Source: a virus. From it: DNA of 46,905 bases. The stretch lies in IMG/VR virus record IMGVR_UViG_2850695442_000001; one strand, 5' to 3'. The notes beneath the pieces were generated by a model. It had not been told where the DNA came from. It made no database searches and was given only the letters and a program-made list of their open reading frames with translations. Positions 19,212-29,792 of the stretch are shown here, in pieces (the stretch's first letter is position 1; every line of letters begins with the position of its first letter). The translations under genes and the position numbers were made by a program.

Positions 19212-19390
19212 GTCAATGCACCCCTAGCTAAATCCTACGGATTTTGAGCGAGGGGCTTCGGGGATAAGCTTCATGGTTACCTCTCTTACAAAAGTTTGGT
19301 AGAGCCTACAAAAACGACGGGGCAAGCCACCGCCTTTGATTATTTTTTCTAATTACACCTCGCCACCTTAGAGGTGGGAGAATTACGGGC
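19212..19390 (-). mobile_element. Miniature non-autonomous IS200/IS605-type derivative (PATE-like)
   Basis: Two subterminal imperfect hairpins (19221-19255 and 19359-19380). The minus strand reads GAAGCCCC...TTTAGCTAGGGGTGCATTGAC, like IS200/IS605 right ends. No transposase. Confidence 0.5.
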
Positions 19391-19472
19391 TATAAGTTAA
19401 AAAAGGAAAACTTTCCCGTGAAGAATTTTTTTGTGCTATAACATAGGCACAAAATAAAGGAGAACTATTGAA

Positions 19473-20348
19473 ATGAAAAAACCAAGTAAAAAACAACTGA
19501 TTATCGGCGCAGCGATTGCTGTGGTATTAGTAGGTGGCGGGACTACGATTGGTGTGGTGAGTCATAGCAATGCGGTACACGCTCAACAAGTGGCAACGCA
19601 AAAGAAAGTAGAAGCTAAAAAAATTGCCAAAGCCAAGGCAGCTAAAAAGGCTGAAACACAAGCAGAACAAAAAGCAACGGCGGCACTTCTTGCGGCGGAA
19701 AAGGTAGATAACATCAAGAATGTTTCTGCGGCTCAATCCGCTGTTAATGCGGTTACAAATGCAAAATTTAAAAAAGCAGGGAATGCAGAGATTGCTTCCA
19801 TCCATGCTCGAATCGTACTGGAAACGAATGCGAAGAATGCGGTCAGTACTTTCCAAAAGGATGCTGGAAATGCAACTAAGGATAAAGCCGCACATACAGC
19901 AGTAAACAAACTGACAAGTAAGTACGATACAGCACTCAAAGCAACGCTGAATAAAGAAATTCTTGCTAGTGAAGCACAGGCAAAGGCAGCTGCCGCACAA
20001 GCAAAAGCTTCAGCGGATGCCAGCGCAAAACAACAAGTTGCTCAAACTGCACAATCTCAGGCACAAGCAGCTGAAAGTAAAACGAACACGACTAATTATG
20101 GCAGTGGCTACAGTGATACGGGTTCGGGTTCAATGAGTTCAAATAATACTAATGGTGGAAGTTCAAGCCCAGCAAGTTCTGGAGGTACGAGTCAAACTGC
20201 GAGCGGAGGGACATCCAATGGTGGCGGGCAAGCACCAACTGCTGCGCAACAAGACACCAGTGGACAAGGGCTTGCTAATGCGGAAGCAGCAGCAGGTGCT
20301 GCGGGGACAAGTGATGTTATCGGAGGCTGGAATCCTCCTAAAAAGTAA
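19473..20348 (+). CDS. Membrane-anchored/secreted Ala/Lys-rich helical protein with Ser/Gly tail
   Basis: N-terminal TM/signal and low-complexity C-terminus. Confidence 0.75.
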   Translation: MKKPSKKQLIIGAAIAVVLVGGGTTIGVVSHSNAVHAQQVATQKKVEAKKIAKAKAAKKAETQAEQKATAALLAAEKVDNIKNVSAAQSAVNAVTNAKFKKAGNAEIASIHARIVLETNAKNAVSTFQKDAGNATKDKAAHTAVNKLTSKYDTALKATLNKEILASEAQAKAAAAQAKASADASAKQQVAQTAQSQAQAAESKTNTTNYGSGYSDTGSGSMSSNNTNGGSSSPASSGGTSQTASGGTSNGGGQAPTAAQQDTSGQGLANAEAAAGAAGTSDVIGGWNPPKK

Positions 20349-20711
20349 AGGATAAAGATATTCGAGATGTCGGATATCTTTTTGTTTCCAATATTTTAGG
20401 AGTATTTACGTCAGATAAAATCAGTTCAAGCACAGTTGTAGCAAGTCAAGCAATTTCAAAGCTTACAGGTGTGGATACTTCTAGTATGACAAATGAAAGC
20501 TTTGGCTTTTAATGAAGAATAATAAATTAGTTGTAGATAAGAGAAAATGAAGCAATTTCTAAATAGAAGTTGCTTTTTTATTTACGAAAAAGTAGAAGAA
20601 GGACTTGTTTTAGGTTCTTTTTTTCTTTGTAGGAAAATAAAGGAGACAACAAAAATGTCTGTAATATCCGACATATGGGGATATTACAAAAAATCTTAAA
20701 GGAGAACTTAA

Positions 20712-23700
20712 ATGTTTAAAAAAGAAAAAGGTTTCCGCTCTTGGAAAGCGGGGAAGCACTGGCTTTATTCTGCTGGTGTTCTAGCTATATTAGTTAGTGG
20801 AGGAATGGCCGTTTCAAATTTGACACCTCTCGCACTTCACGCGCAAGCGGCGACAAGTATGCCTTCTGACTTTACTCAGGTTGGTAGTATTGGTTCAGCA
20901 CCACTTTACCAAACATCCAATACTTCATGGACAAATATCAATGGAGCGATTAAAGCACTTGTTAACGGTCAAACACCTGACTATTATGTAGGTGCAGCTA
21001 AATATGCTTCCGATGGGAAAACAATTATCGCTGGTCAGCCTTTAGGATGGTATGACGGACAAACACAATACCCAGTGATAAATGGTGGTACTTTTGGGAG
21101 TCTTTTAACCGCAGACCCTTCTGATTTATCTCAACCGAATTATAATTTTGTGAATGTTGCCATTATGCAAAAGGATGGCTTTACAGATTCGGATAATTTT
21201 AATTACATTACTGCTCCGGGGCAAGCGGTTCCTATTTATGATGTTGGTGAAGCGTATGAAACTTCGACTGGTAAGTTTATCCCTGTTGGATTAAAAATCA
21301 AAATCAATGATGCGACTTATTATGATAGCGGAAGTAGTACCACACCACGGGACGTCTTTAGCGATGGTTATAAATTAATGGTCGCTGCTCGCAATGATGG
21401 CAATGGGAACATTACCTTGGGATATGTTGTTGTTATGAACGGCGTTGTTGCTCAGAATAATGGCGGAGGCTCAGAAGGTGGTGGCTCTGGCAGTGGCACA
21501 GGAAATATCTCTGGTGGATGTACAACGGGGATTCCTAAAAGTGTCAATGGTATTGTTACTTATGTCAATGAAAATACGGGCGAAGTTCTTCCTAATAATT
21601 CCATTTCAGCAGTAAAAGTAGCAGATATTGATGCTGGACAGTCCGCAGATATTAGTAGTAATTCTCTTGGATATTTTATTTCTAATCCGACTCATCTGTC
21701 ACTTCAAAATAATGTATTAACGGCTAGTACAGACCATACAGTCACTTCTGATGCTTCTACATTGGATGCAAATTCTTATGTTACTTTAAAGAATATTAAT
21801 TCCTTTGCACTTACGTTCACAGATACCCTCGGCAATCAACAACAAGGTTCTATCGTGGAATCCCTCTTTGGAAGAAGTGCGGTTAGCCTTCCTGTTCCTG
21901 ACCTCGTGAAAAATGTATTAACGAAAACAGAGACATCAGGAGCTAGTCCGTCAGGTGTCTCACAAGCTGGTGCAGAATTTGAATTAAAAAACGAGAATCC
22001 TGGCAAATTTGTAAATGCAAGTGATACAGGAAGTGATGAAGTTGAAGCGTCTAATGGTAAAATGAACACCTCATCAGATGGCACACTAGAGTTCACGACA
22101 GGTTCAGACGGTAAAGTGGGTGTTGAAAACCTCCCATCAGTAGATGGTAATGGCAAAACAATTACTTACCAATGGGTAGAAGTCAATGCTCCAGATGGAG
22201 AAGCGATTTCTGCCTCAGGGAGTGGACAAGAATTCTCTGCGAACTTAAGTACTCCAGCAGATAGTGACGGCAATATCCCAACCGCTGACACAAATATTTC
22301 AGATAAACCGTTGCTTGAAGCACAATTGAATAAGAACTCTACAAACGCAGCCTTTAATAATGCTCTTGGGGATGCAACTTATGAAGCCTATAATTCAGAT
22401 GGTACACCAATTACGACTGATGATGGTTTAGACCCAGCGACAGGAAAAGCAGCGGATGTTGATGTTGTTACAGGAACATTGGTTACAAGTGTTGGTAGTG
22501 GAGAAGAAGGAGATGGACCTCTTATCGTCAAAGCCAATGCACAAGGTCAAATTGATGTGAAGAACATGGATGGCACACAAGTCTCTAAAGATATCACTTG
22601 GAAAGAAATTTCTCCCGCCGCAGGTCATGCTTTAAATAATCAAGTGGCTACAGGAACGTTTAGTACAACTACTTTAAATAGCGATAAATCTAACTTCCTT
22701 GTAACAAGCACAACGACGGATAAACCAATGGGCGAAACAGCGATTGCGAAGCTGGATGCCGATACAGGCAATAGCACGACACAAGGTGCGGCGACTCTTC
22801 AAGGAGCAGAATTTACTTTGGAAGATGCGACAGGCGCACCAGTTAAACAAAGCCAAGGTGTTGACCCCAAAACGGGTGCAGCTGCCAATGTTGTTCTGAC
22901 TTCTGGCACGACTTATGCACCCGATGCCAATGGGAATATTGTGCTTGTCACGAATGATAAAGGTGTCGCAGGACAAGTGGAAAACCTTGACTTGACGAAT
23001 AACCTCAATTATCAATGGGTAGAAACCAAAGCACCGTATGGTTATGCCATCAATGATAAGCCAGATGCCGTGACTTTCTCTCCTTCCAATACAGTAGATA
23101 CTGCCACAAATAACTATGAGGATAGTCAAAAGCTAAGTGCTACCATTTCTGACCGTGTCGTTGATTTTGGCTTTAGTTTCACAAAAGATGCGGCAGACCA
23201 AGGTGCCACAGGCTTAAATGGTGCAGAGTTTACACTTACACCACTCACAGGCACACAAAATAGTCTTGGTCAGTTCGATAATGGCAAAGACACCAACATC
23301 AATGGACAAGATACCTTCATCAGTCCTGATACTGGACTGGCAATCCCAGTGACCGATGTCAGCCAACTCTTCTTAGGCACAACGCAAACCTCTCATGATT
23401 ATACCGACCCTCAGGGCAATCAATCCGCGGGTTGGGTGGAATACAACCATGTACAAGTCGGGAAGTACAAACTGGTAGAAACAAGCACACCAAAAGGCTA
23501 TGCGCCAGTAGATGAGATGGAAGTGGATATCTTACCAGATACCGATACCACAGGTGCTCCAACAAGCTATGAGCTGAAAGTTACCGATACTGTGACTGGT
23601 AATGTCTTACGCGATGAAACCATTCCTGTCTCTTACAGCACAAGTCAATCGGGACGTCAGTTGATTGATGATAATAACAGCCTTGGGAAATTTAATCTCG

Positions 23701-25205
23701 GACAACTCATTGATAAGCTCCCTGTGCCAAGTATTGACGTTGAAAAAGCCAATGATGCTGTCCCAGATGCAGGCAAAGGCAATGACACTGATGCGGATAA
23801 TAACGTTGGTGTCAACGACCATGATACGGTTGCGACTGCTGATAATGCTAAAGCAGGAGCAACGACAACGATTGACTTCCGTATCACCAATAACGGCACA
23901 GATGATTTAACGAAAGTCACCGCCAAAGATAAAACAACGAGTGGTTCAGTTGATATTGGTGCGATTACGTGGACTTACAATGGTCAGACTGTCACACTTA
24001 ACAGCGATGGCTACTTCGTGACTGCGGACGGAAGTGTCCTGACTTTGTCTGTAGGACAAAGTATTACAGGGACTGCTACTTTACCAGCACTTCCAGCTGG
24101 ACAACTTCATACAGACCAAATCGCAGTTTCGGGTATCGGTATCCAATCTGGTGGAGATGTACAAGACCATGATAACTGGAATGGGGAAACCCCAAAACCA
24201 AGTATTGATATTGAAAAGGCAAATGGGACAACTCCTAAAGCAGGCAAAGGCAATAACACCGATACTGCCAATAATGATGGAACCAACGACCATGACACCG
24301 CAGCAACTGCCGACAAAGTAAAGAACAAGGCAACCACACAGATTTACTTTAACGGAACCAATAATGGTACGGAGCCTTTGACAGACATCAAAGTCGGGGA
24401 TAAAACAACGGCAGGTTCTGTTGCTATCGGTGCAATTACTTGGACTTACAAAGGACAAACCCTTAAAACGAATGCAGACGGTTACTTGACGCTTCAAGAT
24501 GGGACATTGTTGACCCTCGCACCCAATGAGAACATCACAGGAACAGGACTCTTGCCAGCTTTGCCAGCAGGAGAACTGCATACAGATAATGCAACGATTG
24601 CGGGCGTTGGAACACTTGATAAAGTGCCAGTAGGGGACAATGATAACTGGAATGGCATCACACCACTCACAGTGAAGACAACTGCTCATACAACAGGCAC
24701 AGACCAAATCTTTACACCGTCTTCTTCTACTCAAATGTATGACACAGTAGAGACAAATGCACCGAAAGGCGATATCCAAGTCGCTTACTTGCATAAAATC
24801 ACGCCTGATGGCAAAGACACGATTGTAGCAACCGTGTCATTCACTATCGATGACGCAACTGTAGAAGCGGAGAAAGATACCGTTCTTAAGTCTATTGATA
24901 CTTCTAAAGATGTGGTAGGTACTCGTTATGTCTGGGGCGAAGCCATCTTTGCCAAAGGAGCTGACATCAAGACGGACAAACCTTTGGCAACATTCTATGA
25001 TAAGAATGACAAAGCAGAGACATTGACTCCGGTCACAACACCAGTTGCCTTAACTCCCGCGAAACCTAACTTGACAATTATTCTACCTGATACAGGAACG
25101 AAAGCTCTTGCTTGGTTGACTGGTATCGGTGTGGCTATTCTTGCCGCAGTTGGTGGGACAACGTTTTACAAGAAACGTAAGAAAGGCTCTGATAAAGCAA
25201 AATAA
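20712..25205 (+). CDS. LPXTG cell-wall-anchored adhesin with SpaA/CnaB-like domains (probable mating aggregation factor)
   Basis: KxYKxGKxW-like signal (FRSWKAGKHW), repeated GAEFxL and Y-x-W/L-V-E-T-x-A/T-P-x-G-Y motifs, LPDTG + TM + basic tail, adjacent sortase. Confidence 0.9.
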   Translation: MFKKEKGFRSWKAGKHWLYSAGVLAILVSGGMAVSNLTPLALHAQAATSMPSDFTQVGSIGSAPLYQTSNTSWTNINGAIKALVNGQTPDYYVGAAKYASDGKTIIAGQPLGWYDGQTQYPVINGGTFGSLLTADPSDLSQPNYNFVNVAIMQKDGFTDSDNFNYITAPGQAVPIYDVGEAYETSTGKFIPVGLKIKINDATYYDSGSSTTPRDVFSDGYKLMVAARNDGNGNITLGYVVVMNGVVAQNNGGGSEGGGSGSGTGNISGGCTTGIPKSVNGIVTYVNENTGEVLPNNSISAVKVADIDAGQSADISSNSLGYFISNPTHLSLQNNVLTASTDHTVTSDASTLDANSYVTLKNINSFALTFTDTLGNQQQGSIVESLFGRSAVSLPVPDLVKNVLTKTETSGASPSGVSQAGAEFELKNENPGKFVNASDTGSDEVEASNGKMNTSSDGTLEFTTGSDGKVGVENLPSVDGNGKTITYQWVEVNAPDGEAISASGSGQEFSANLSTPADSDGNIPTADTNISDKPLLEAQLNKNSTNAAFNNALGDATYEAYNSDGTPITTDDGLDPATGKAADVDVVTGTLVTSVGSGEEGDGPLIVKANAQGQIDVKNMDGTQVSKDITWKEISPAAGHALNNQVATGTFSTTTLNSDKSNFLVTSTTTDKPMGETAIAKLDADTGNSTTQGAATLQGAEFTLEDATGAPVKQSQGVDPKTGAAANVVLTSGTTYAPDANGNIVLVTNDKGVAGQVENLDLTNNLNYQWVETKAPYGYAINDKPDAVTFSPSNTVDTATNNYEDSQKLSATISDRVVDFGFSFTKDAADQGATGLNGAEFTLTPLTGTQNSLGQFDNGKDTNINGQDTFISPDTGLAIPVTDVSQLFLGTTQTSHDYTDPQGNQSAGWVEYNHVQVGKYKLVETSTPKGYAPVDEMEVDILPDTDTTGAPTSYELKVTDTVTGNVLRDETIPVSYSTSQSGRQLIDDNNSLGKFNLGQLIDKLPVPSIDVEKANDAVPDAGKGNDTDADNNVGVNDHDTVATADNAKAGATTTIDFRITNNGTDDLTKVTAKDKTTSGSVDIGAITWTYNGQTVTLNSDGYFVTADGSVLTLSVGQSITGTATLPALPAGQLHTDQIAVSGIGIQSGGDVQDHDNWNGETPKPSIDIEKANGTTPKAGKGNNTDTANNDGTNDHDTAATADKVKNKATTQIYFNGTNNGTEPLTDIKVGDKTTAGSVAIGAITWTYKGQTLKTNADGYLTLQDGTLLTLAPNENITGTGLLPALPAGELHTDNATIAGVGTLDKVPVGDNDNWNGITPLTVKTTAHTTGTDQIFTPSSSTQMYDTVETNAPKGDIQVAYLHKITPDGKDTIVATVSFTIDDATVEAEKDTVLKSIDTSKDVVGTRYVWGEAIFAKGADIKTDKPLATFYDKNDKAETLTPVTTPVALTPAKPNLTIILPDTGTKALAWLTGIGVAILAAVGGTTFYKKRKKGSDKAK
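23727..24655 (+). repeat. Two tandem ~157-aa domain repeats within the adhesin
   Basis: PSIDVEKAN...DHDNWNG and PSIDIEKAN...DNDNWNG; starts at 23727 and 24198 (471-nt period). Confidence 0.85.
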
Positions 25206-25391
25206 ACAGTAAAGGACTTCTTCGGGAGTTCTTTTTTTGTTTTGAGATAATAAAGTCAATATTATTGAGATTGGAGTAGTAGCGAAAATAACGAATAAAC
25301 GTCAAAAGAAAAAGAATCAATTTATCAGAAATGATAATCCTCTTTTTCTATGTGAGATAGTGACAAAAAGTATAAGCTGAAAGGAATTATT

Positions 25392-26174
25392 TTGAGACAA
25401 AGAGAAGATATACAAAAAACGAAGAGGAGACGAAAGAAAAATTACTCCTTAGTAAAAAAGAAATCAAAGACAAAGAAAATAGTGGTGCGACTGAGTGTGT
25501 CGCTATTGGTATTAATTGGATTGGTTTTGACCTTTCAAGTCCCACTGACTCATTGGTTTGTCAATCACTTTCAACAGAAGTATGCGTTACAAAGTCTTTC
25601 AAAAGACCAACTCAAAGCGAATCAAAAGAAGGGTAATTTTGATAGCAGCAATGTCAAGACCGTGAATTTTCTTGATGCAGCAAAAGCTCAAATGGAAAAT
25701 CATAACTATCCTGTGATTGGCGCAGTATCTTACCCAGATTTAAAGATTAGTCTACCTATCTTAAACGGTGATGGAGATGCGACGATGTTATACGGCGCTG
25801 GTACAATGAAACCGAACCAAGTGATGGGACAAGGTAATTATGCTCTCGCTAGTCATCATGTTTCCAATGTCTATGGACATTCCGCTGATGGACTTTTATT
25901 TAGTCCTCTACAAAATGCTAAGGCAGGTCAGAAAGTTTATCTGACAGACAAAATAAAGGTGTATGAGTATAAAACAACAAGCGTAAAAATCTTGCTTCCA
26001 AGTCAAGGCAATGTTATTCAGGATGTTAAAGGAAAGCAAGAAATCACACTTGTGACCTGTTATAGTGATGACCGATATCGAATTATTGTACAAGGAAAAT
26101 TTATCAAAGCGATGCCATTTAATAACAAGAACGCAAAGCTCTTTACAGCTCAATACACACAATGGTGGAAATAG
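25392..26174 (+). CDS. srtA: Class A sortase
   Basis: N-terminal TM, NYALASHH, ITLVTC and downstream catalytic Arg. Confidence 0.92.
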   Translation: MRQREDIQKTKRRRKKNYSLVKKKSKTKKIVVRLSVSLLVLIGLVLTFQVPLTHWFVNHFQQKYALQSLSKDQLKANQKKGNFDSSNVKTVNFLDAAKAQMENHNYPVIGAVSYPDLKISLPILNGDGDATMLYGAGTMKPNQVMGQGNYALASHHVSNVYGHSADGLLFSPLQNAKAGQKVYLTDKIKVYEYKTTSVKILLPSQGNVIQDVKGKQEITLVTCYSDDRYRIIVQGKFIKAMPFNNKNAKLFTAQYTQWWK

Positions 26175-26188
26175 AAAGGAATAGTATT

Positions 26189-26756
26189 ATGCAGGAACGT
26201 AGAACAGATGCTTCAAAGAAGAAAAGTAAGAAAAATTCTAAGATGTTGACGGGTATTTTAGTCATGTTGGTATTGATTATTGGCGGAGGTGGAGTAGCTA
26301 CTTTTCATTATTTCTATCCGCAAGGCATCAAAAAAGATATTTCAGCTCCCTCTACCTCACAGCACACCTTACCTGATAAAACCAAAAGTAATCCCAAAGT
26401 TCCTAAAACCAAGGAGAAGCCGACAACAAGCGTTTCTCACTCTCCTGAACAAGTGAGGGCTCCCTCCGTTTCTAGTGTACAGCGTGCGTTCTGCTCAACC
26501 GCAAGAACAGACTATACAATCTGTTCCTCAACAACACGTTTCAACAACTCAATCAGAAGATGCAAATAAAGCAAAAGAGGATGCAGAAATCAATCAACTG
26601 ACAAAAGAGTATGAAGCAAAGGGATATACTGTGAGCGTGACAAAACAATCTTCTGTACAAGTGACACAGCCAAGTACAACTATTGCCTCTCAACTTGATA
26701 AATTGAAAGCAGAATACGAAGCGGAAGGCTACCAATTAACAGTAACCCATCACTAA
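26189..26756 (+). pseudogene. Membrane-anchored protein, frameshifted near 26478
   Basis: N-terminal TM in one frame. The Gln/Ser/Thr linker and duplicated EYEAxGY motif continue in another frame. Confidence 0.6.
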
Positions 26757-26818
26757 ATCTAAATATCCTAAATGGATATTTTTTTTGTGTTCTTGATTGA
26801 ATAAATTTCCTTTATCCA

Positions 26819-26959
26819 TGTCGCAATTTGTATCAATTTGAGATATATTGATACAGATTATCGCAAATTACGACAATTTGTGCTAGAATAGGTATTGGGA
26901 ACTGTTGCAATTTGTCTTAAAATGATACAAAATGTAGCAGACTTCGACAAATTGTATCA
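26819..26959. repeat. Two blocks of 10-bp-period heptamers around the RHH gene promoter
   Basis: TGTCGCA, TGTATCA, TGAGATA, TGATACA, TATCGCA, TACGACA at 26819-26869 (step 10). Six more at 26903-26953. TGCTAGAAT -10 at 26881. Confidence 0.75.
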
Positions 26960-26976
26960 ACGAATAGGAGAATAGG

Positions 26977-27327
26977 ATGCGTAAACGCCTTACAATTTCA
27001 CTTGAAGAAGAAGTCATGAAATCTTTTTCTTCGATTTTAAACAAAGAGGGCATGACAATTCAAACGTTTTTAGAGTTGATTGCCAATAAAACCGTAAATA
27101 CAGGGGAAAGTCCTCTTACTCTAGGCTGGAATAGTGCTATTTTTACTCCAAACACAGAGAATAAGTTACAAAATCAAGAAATGAAGCCCTCAGAGAAGGC
27201 TGAAAATCAGACAAAAACTAAGAAAAAAAGTGCTATTTCAACCTCAACAATGACTGAAAAGCACGAAGAAGAGGTTGTTGATATTGAGAATAATATCACA
27301 AATCCTTTTGCAGGATTAGCCAAATAA
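26977..27327 (+). CDS. Ribbon-helix-helix DNA-binding protein with flexible C-tail
   Basis: KRLTISLEEEV...GMTIQTFLELI pattern, as in RelB/CopG/ParG-type RHH proteins. Confidence 0.7.
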   Translation: MRKRLTISLEEEVMKSFSSILNKEGMTIQTFLELIANKTVNTGESPLTLGWNSAIFTPNTENKLQNQEMKPSEKAENQTKTKKKSAISTSTMTEKHEEEVVDIENNITNPFAGLAK

Positions 27328-27331
27328 TCCC

Positions 27332-28139
27332 AGAGTTAAGCGATTTTGAGTGCTGTTAAGAGTAGAAAATAGAAGGAGTCCCAAGAGTGCATAAAATTAT
27401 ATTTTTGCATAATTATGCACTCATTCTTTTTATTTATTTTAAATGATGAATGGCTCTGTTGAGCCTTTTTTCTTGGCTTTAAGAGTACTCTTATTTTGGA
27501 CTTCGCTTTGTTGAGCGATTTATACCGCCTTTAAGAGTGAAAATACTTGATTGCTTTTGAAACTAAAACTTTTGAGCTTTTTGAATAAAATACGAGATAA
27601 TTTAAGCAAATTTTGAAAATAAGAAAAGGCTTTGTTATAGGATTTTTAATAGCATTAAGAGTACTCTTATTTTGGCTTTGGCTGTATTAAGCCATTTCTT
27701 ACCTTGATAAGAGTGGAAAGTCGTGAAAGAAGTATAGAAAACGCTGTATTGAGCCATTTATCATGGTGTTAAGAGTCACTCTTATTTTGCTTTCCCTCTG
27801 TTGAGCGATTTATAAGGACGTTAAGAGTGAGAAGTATCAGTAGCACAATAAAATGAAATTTTTGTGCTTTTAAAATAAAAAGAAGGGATATTTTATATAA
27901 ATTTTTAAAAAGATGAATGGCTTTGTTAAGCGATTTCTGTCAATGTTAAGAGTACTCTTATTTTGACTTTCGCTCTGTTAAGCGATTTTAGCCTGCAATA
28001 AGAGTGAATGCTTGTGAAAAATTAATCAATCTTATTATCAATAAAATGTATAATTAACTTTTCCGTGTGGTTGAGCGATTTATAAGGATATTAAGAGTGA
28101 AAAAGAGTAAAGGATGTGACTCTTAATAACCACTCTTAA
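27332..28139. repeat. Phased iteron array (candidate oriT/oriV)
   Basis: Ten GCT-N6-AGC-x-ATTT-N~9-(T/A)TAAGAGT units, plus two inverted ACTCTTAA at 28119 and 28132. Confidence 0.85.
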
Positions 28140-28360
28140 TTTAGTAAGAAGAATGTCTTGTACATAGAGTGTAGGTGCGACTTTTGAGCACCTTTTCTAC
28201 ATCGTAACTTTTAGTAGAAAAATTGGGTTAGGTTTGGTAGGTGCAACGAAAGCACGGAAGGTAATAAAAATGATTATTTATTCAAAAGGAGAATGCGGAG
28301 AAGTTAATTCATAAAGCAATAAGTTGTGAGATGATAAGAGGTATCTAAGGAGGAATTTAT

Positions 28361-29308
28361 ATGGTATTTGAACAAGAGCTTCATCTTGATTTTATTAAAT
28401 TGTTATATCCGTTTACATGGCTTTCCTATGCGCAAATAAATCAACTATGGAAAAACGCATCGGGGTCAAAAACTAAAATGCCGTCAGGTTTATTAAAAAA
28501 ATTAGAAAGTGAGGGGATAATAAAACGAAAAATAGCAGAAGGTAGAAAACGTGGTGCTCAGTATCACATAAGACAAGAAAAAATCAAACAATTTTTTTCT
28601 GGAACAACTAGAGATGTGTTGAACAATATATTGCCTGCCTTTTTTCGAGATGCATTCCCAGTAAAAAGTCCATCTCACACTATCAATTTTCATAATGAAG
28701 CTTTAAAAAATGTACTTGTTTCATTTTATTCTCCATATTTTGATTCTTTAGTATTACCACGGATAAAAACAGATACTAAGGATATTATAATACCAGACGC
28801 TATTCTTTGTAAGGGGGACTTTTTTTCTTACCTTGAATATGATAATCTAACAGAGGAGAGAGCAGCGTTGTTGTCTAAAATACCTAGATATCTTTACGTA
28901 GCTAAACAACAACCAAATAAAAAGCACAAGTTAATTATTGTTTTTACAGATGAAACTACAATTGTTAAAGGATTTCAAAGGAAAAGAAAGAGTCCCCCAT
29001 TTCATCGTATGGAAAATTTTGTTTCTGCTGTAAAGAAAATTAAGGCACTAAATGGCTTGCCTCTGGTTGGAGAGATAAGTAAGCAAGAAAACTTTGAACT
29101 TTATTTATTCACTTATAGAGAGGCTATACAATACTTGGAGTCTTTATTTAAAGGAAAATCTTTCCCTGATTATTTTCATCGTGAATTTACAATGGCTTTT
29201 GGTGATAATTTTAAAAATCTTCAAAAGCAGAGCGAGAGTTTAAATAGTCAGAATATAGAAAGCCTTAATCAGAAGAAAAGTCAAGCAAGCAAATATTTTT
29301 TTGAATAA
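28361..29308 (+). CDS. Replication-relaxation family (Replic_Relax / MOB_C-like) protein, paralogue 2
   Basis: Collinear with 5868..6797: LDFIKxLYPF, IPDA, EYDNLTEE, PRYLY, VFTDET, IKALNGLP, KYxFE. Confidence 0.7.
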   Translation: MVFEQELHLDFIKLLYPFTWLSYAQINQLWKNASGSKTKMPSGLLKKLESEGIIKRKIAEGRKRGAQYHIRQEKIKQFFSGTTRDVLNNILPAFFRDAFPVKSPSHTINFHNEALKNVLVSFYSPYFDSLVLPRIKTDTKDIIIPDAILCKGDFFSYLEYDNLTEERAALLSKIPRYLYVAKQQPNKKHKLIIVFTDETTIVKGFQRKRKSPPFHRMENFVSAVKKIKALNGLPLVGEISKQENFELYLFTYREAIQYLESLFKGKSFPDYFHREFTMAFGDNFKNLQKQSESLNSQNIESLNQKKSQASKYFFE

Positions 29309-29792
29309 TTTCTTCAAATTATAGAAAGACACCCATCGAAAGAAGTGTCTTTTTCTTCACCCTTCTTCAATAAAAAACGAATGATATTTTCATATCACTC
29401 GCTCATCATTCAGAAGAATATTCTTTTCTTCTCTCATAACTTTATTTCTTAACCGATTACCCAATCATTATACCAAGCGTTGAGAAGTCTGCTTTTATTT
29501 TTTTAAGATGATAGCTTTATTTTTTTTGATAGTTAATTTCTTATTTTCTGTAAAATTACATATTGTAAATATTGAAGCATGGTGGTAAAATAAGAATGAG
29601 ATTAGAGAATGTTCCTTAACATGAGGGGAAGTAAAAAAATACTTTTCTCACGCGCATGAGATATGATTCTAATACAATCACATGGAAAGTAAAGTTATTA
29701 GGAGAAGTTTGAAAAAAGAAGCTAATCGTCAAATTCCACAACTGGAGTAAAAAAGAGCGCACAAAAAACTTAATTTGAGTAACCTCAAAAAA

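Noticed and set aside
24081-24794. 237-aa minus-strand ORF and other antisense/overlapping ORFs in the track
   Set aside because: Shadows of well-supported genes, with no RBS or recognisable motifs.
27332-28139. CRISPR array
   Set aside because: Repeats are degenerate and bipartite, with irregular 52-125-bp periods and related intervening sequences. No cas genes.
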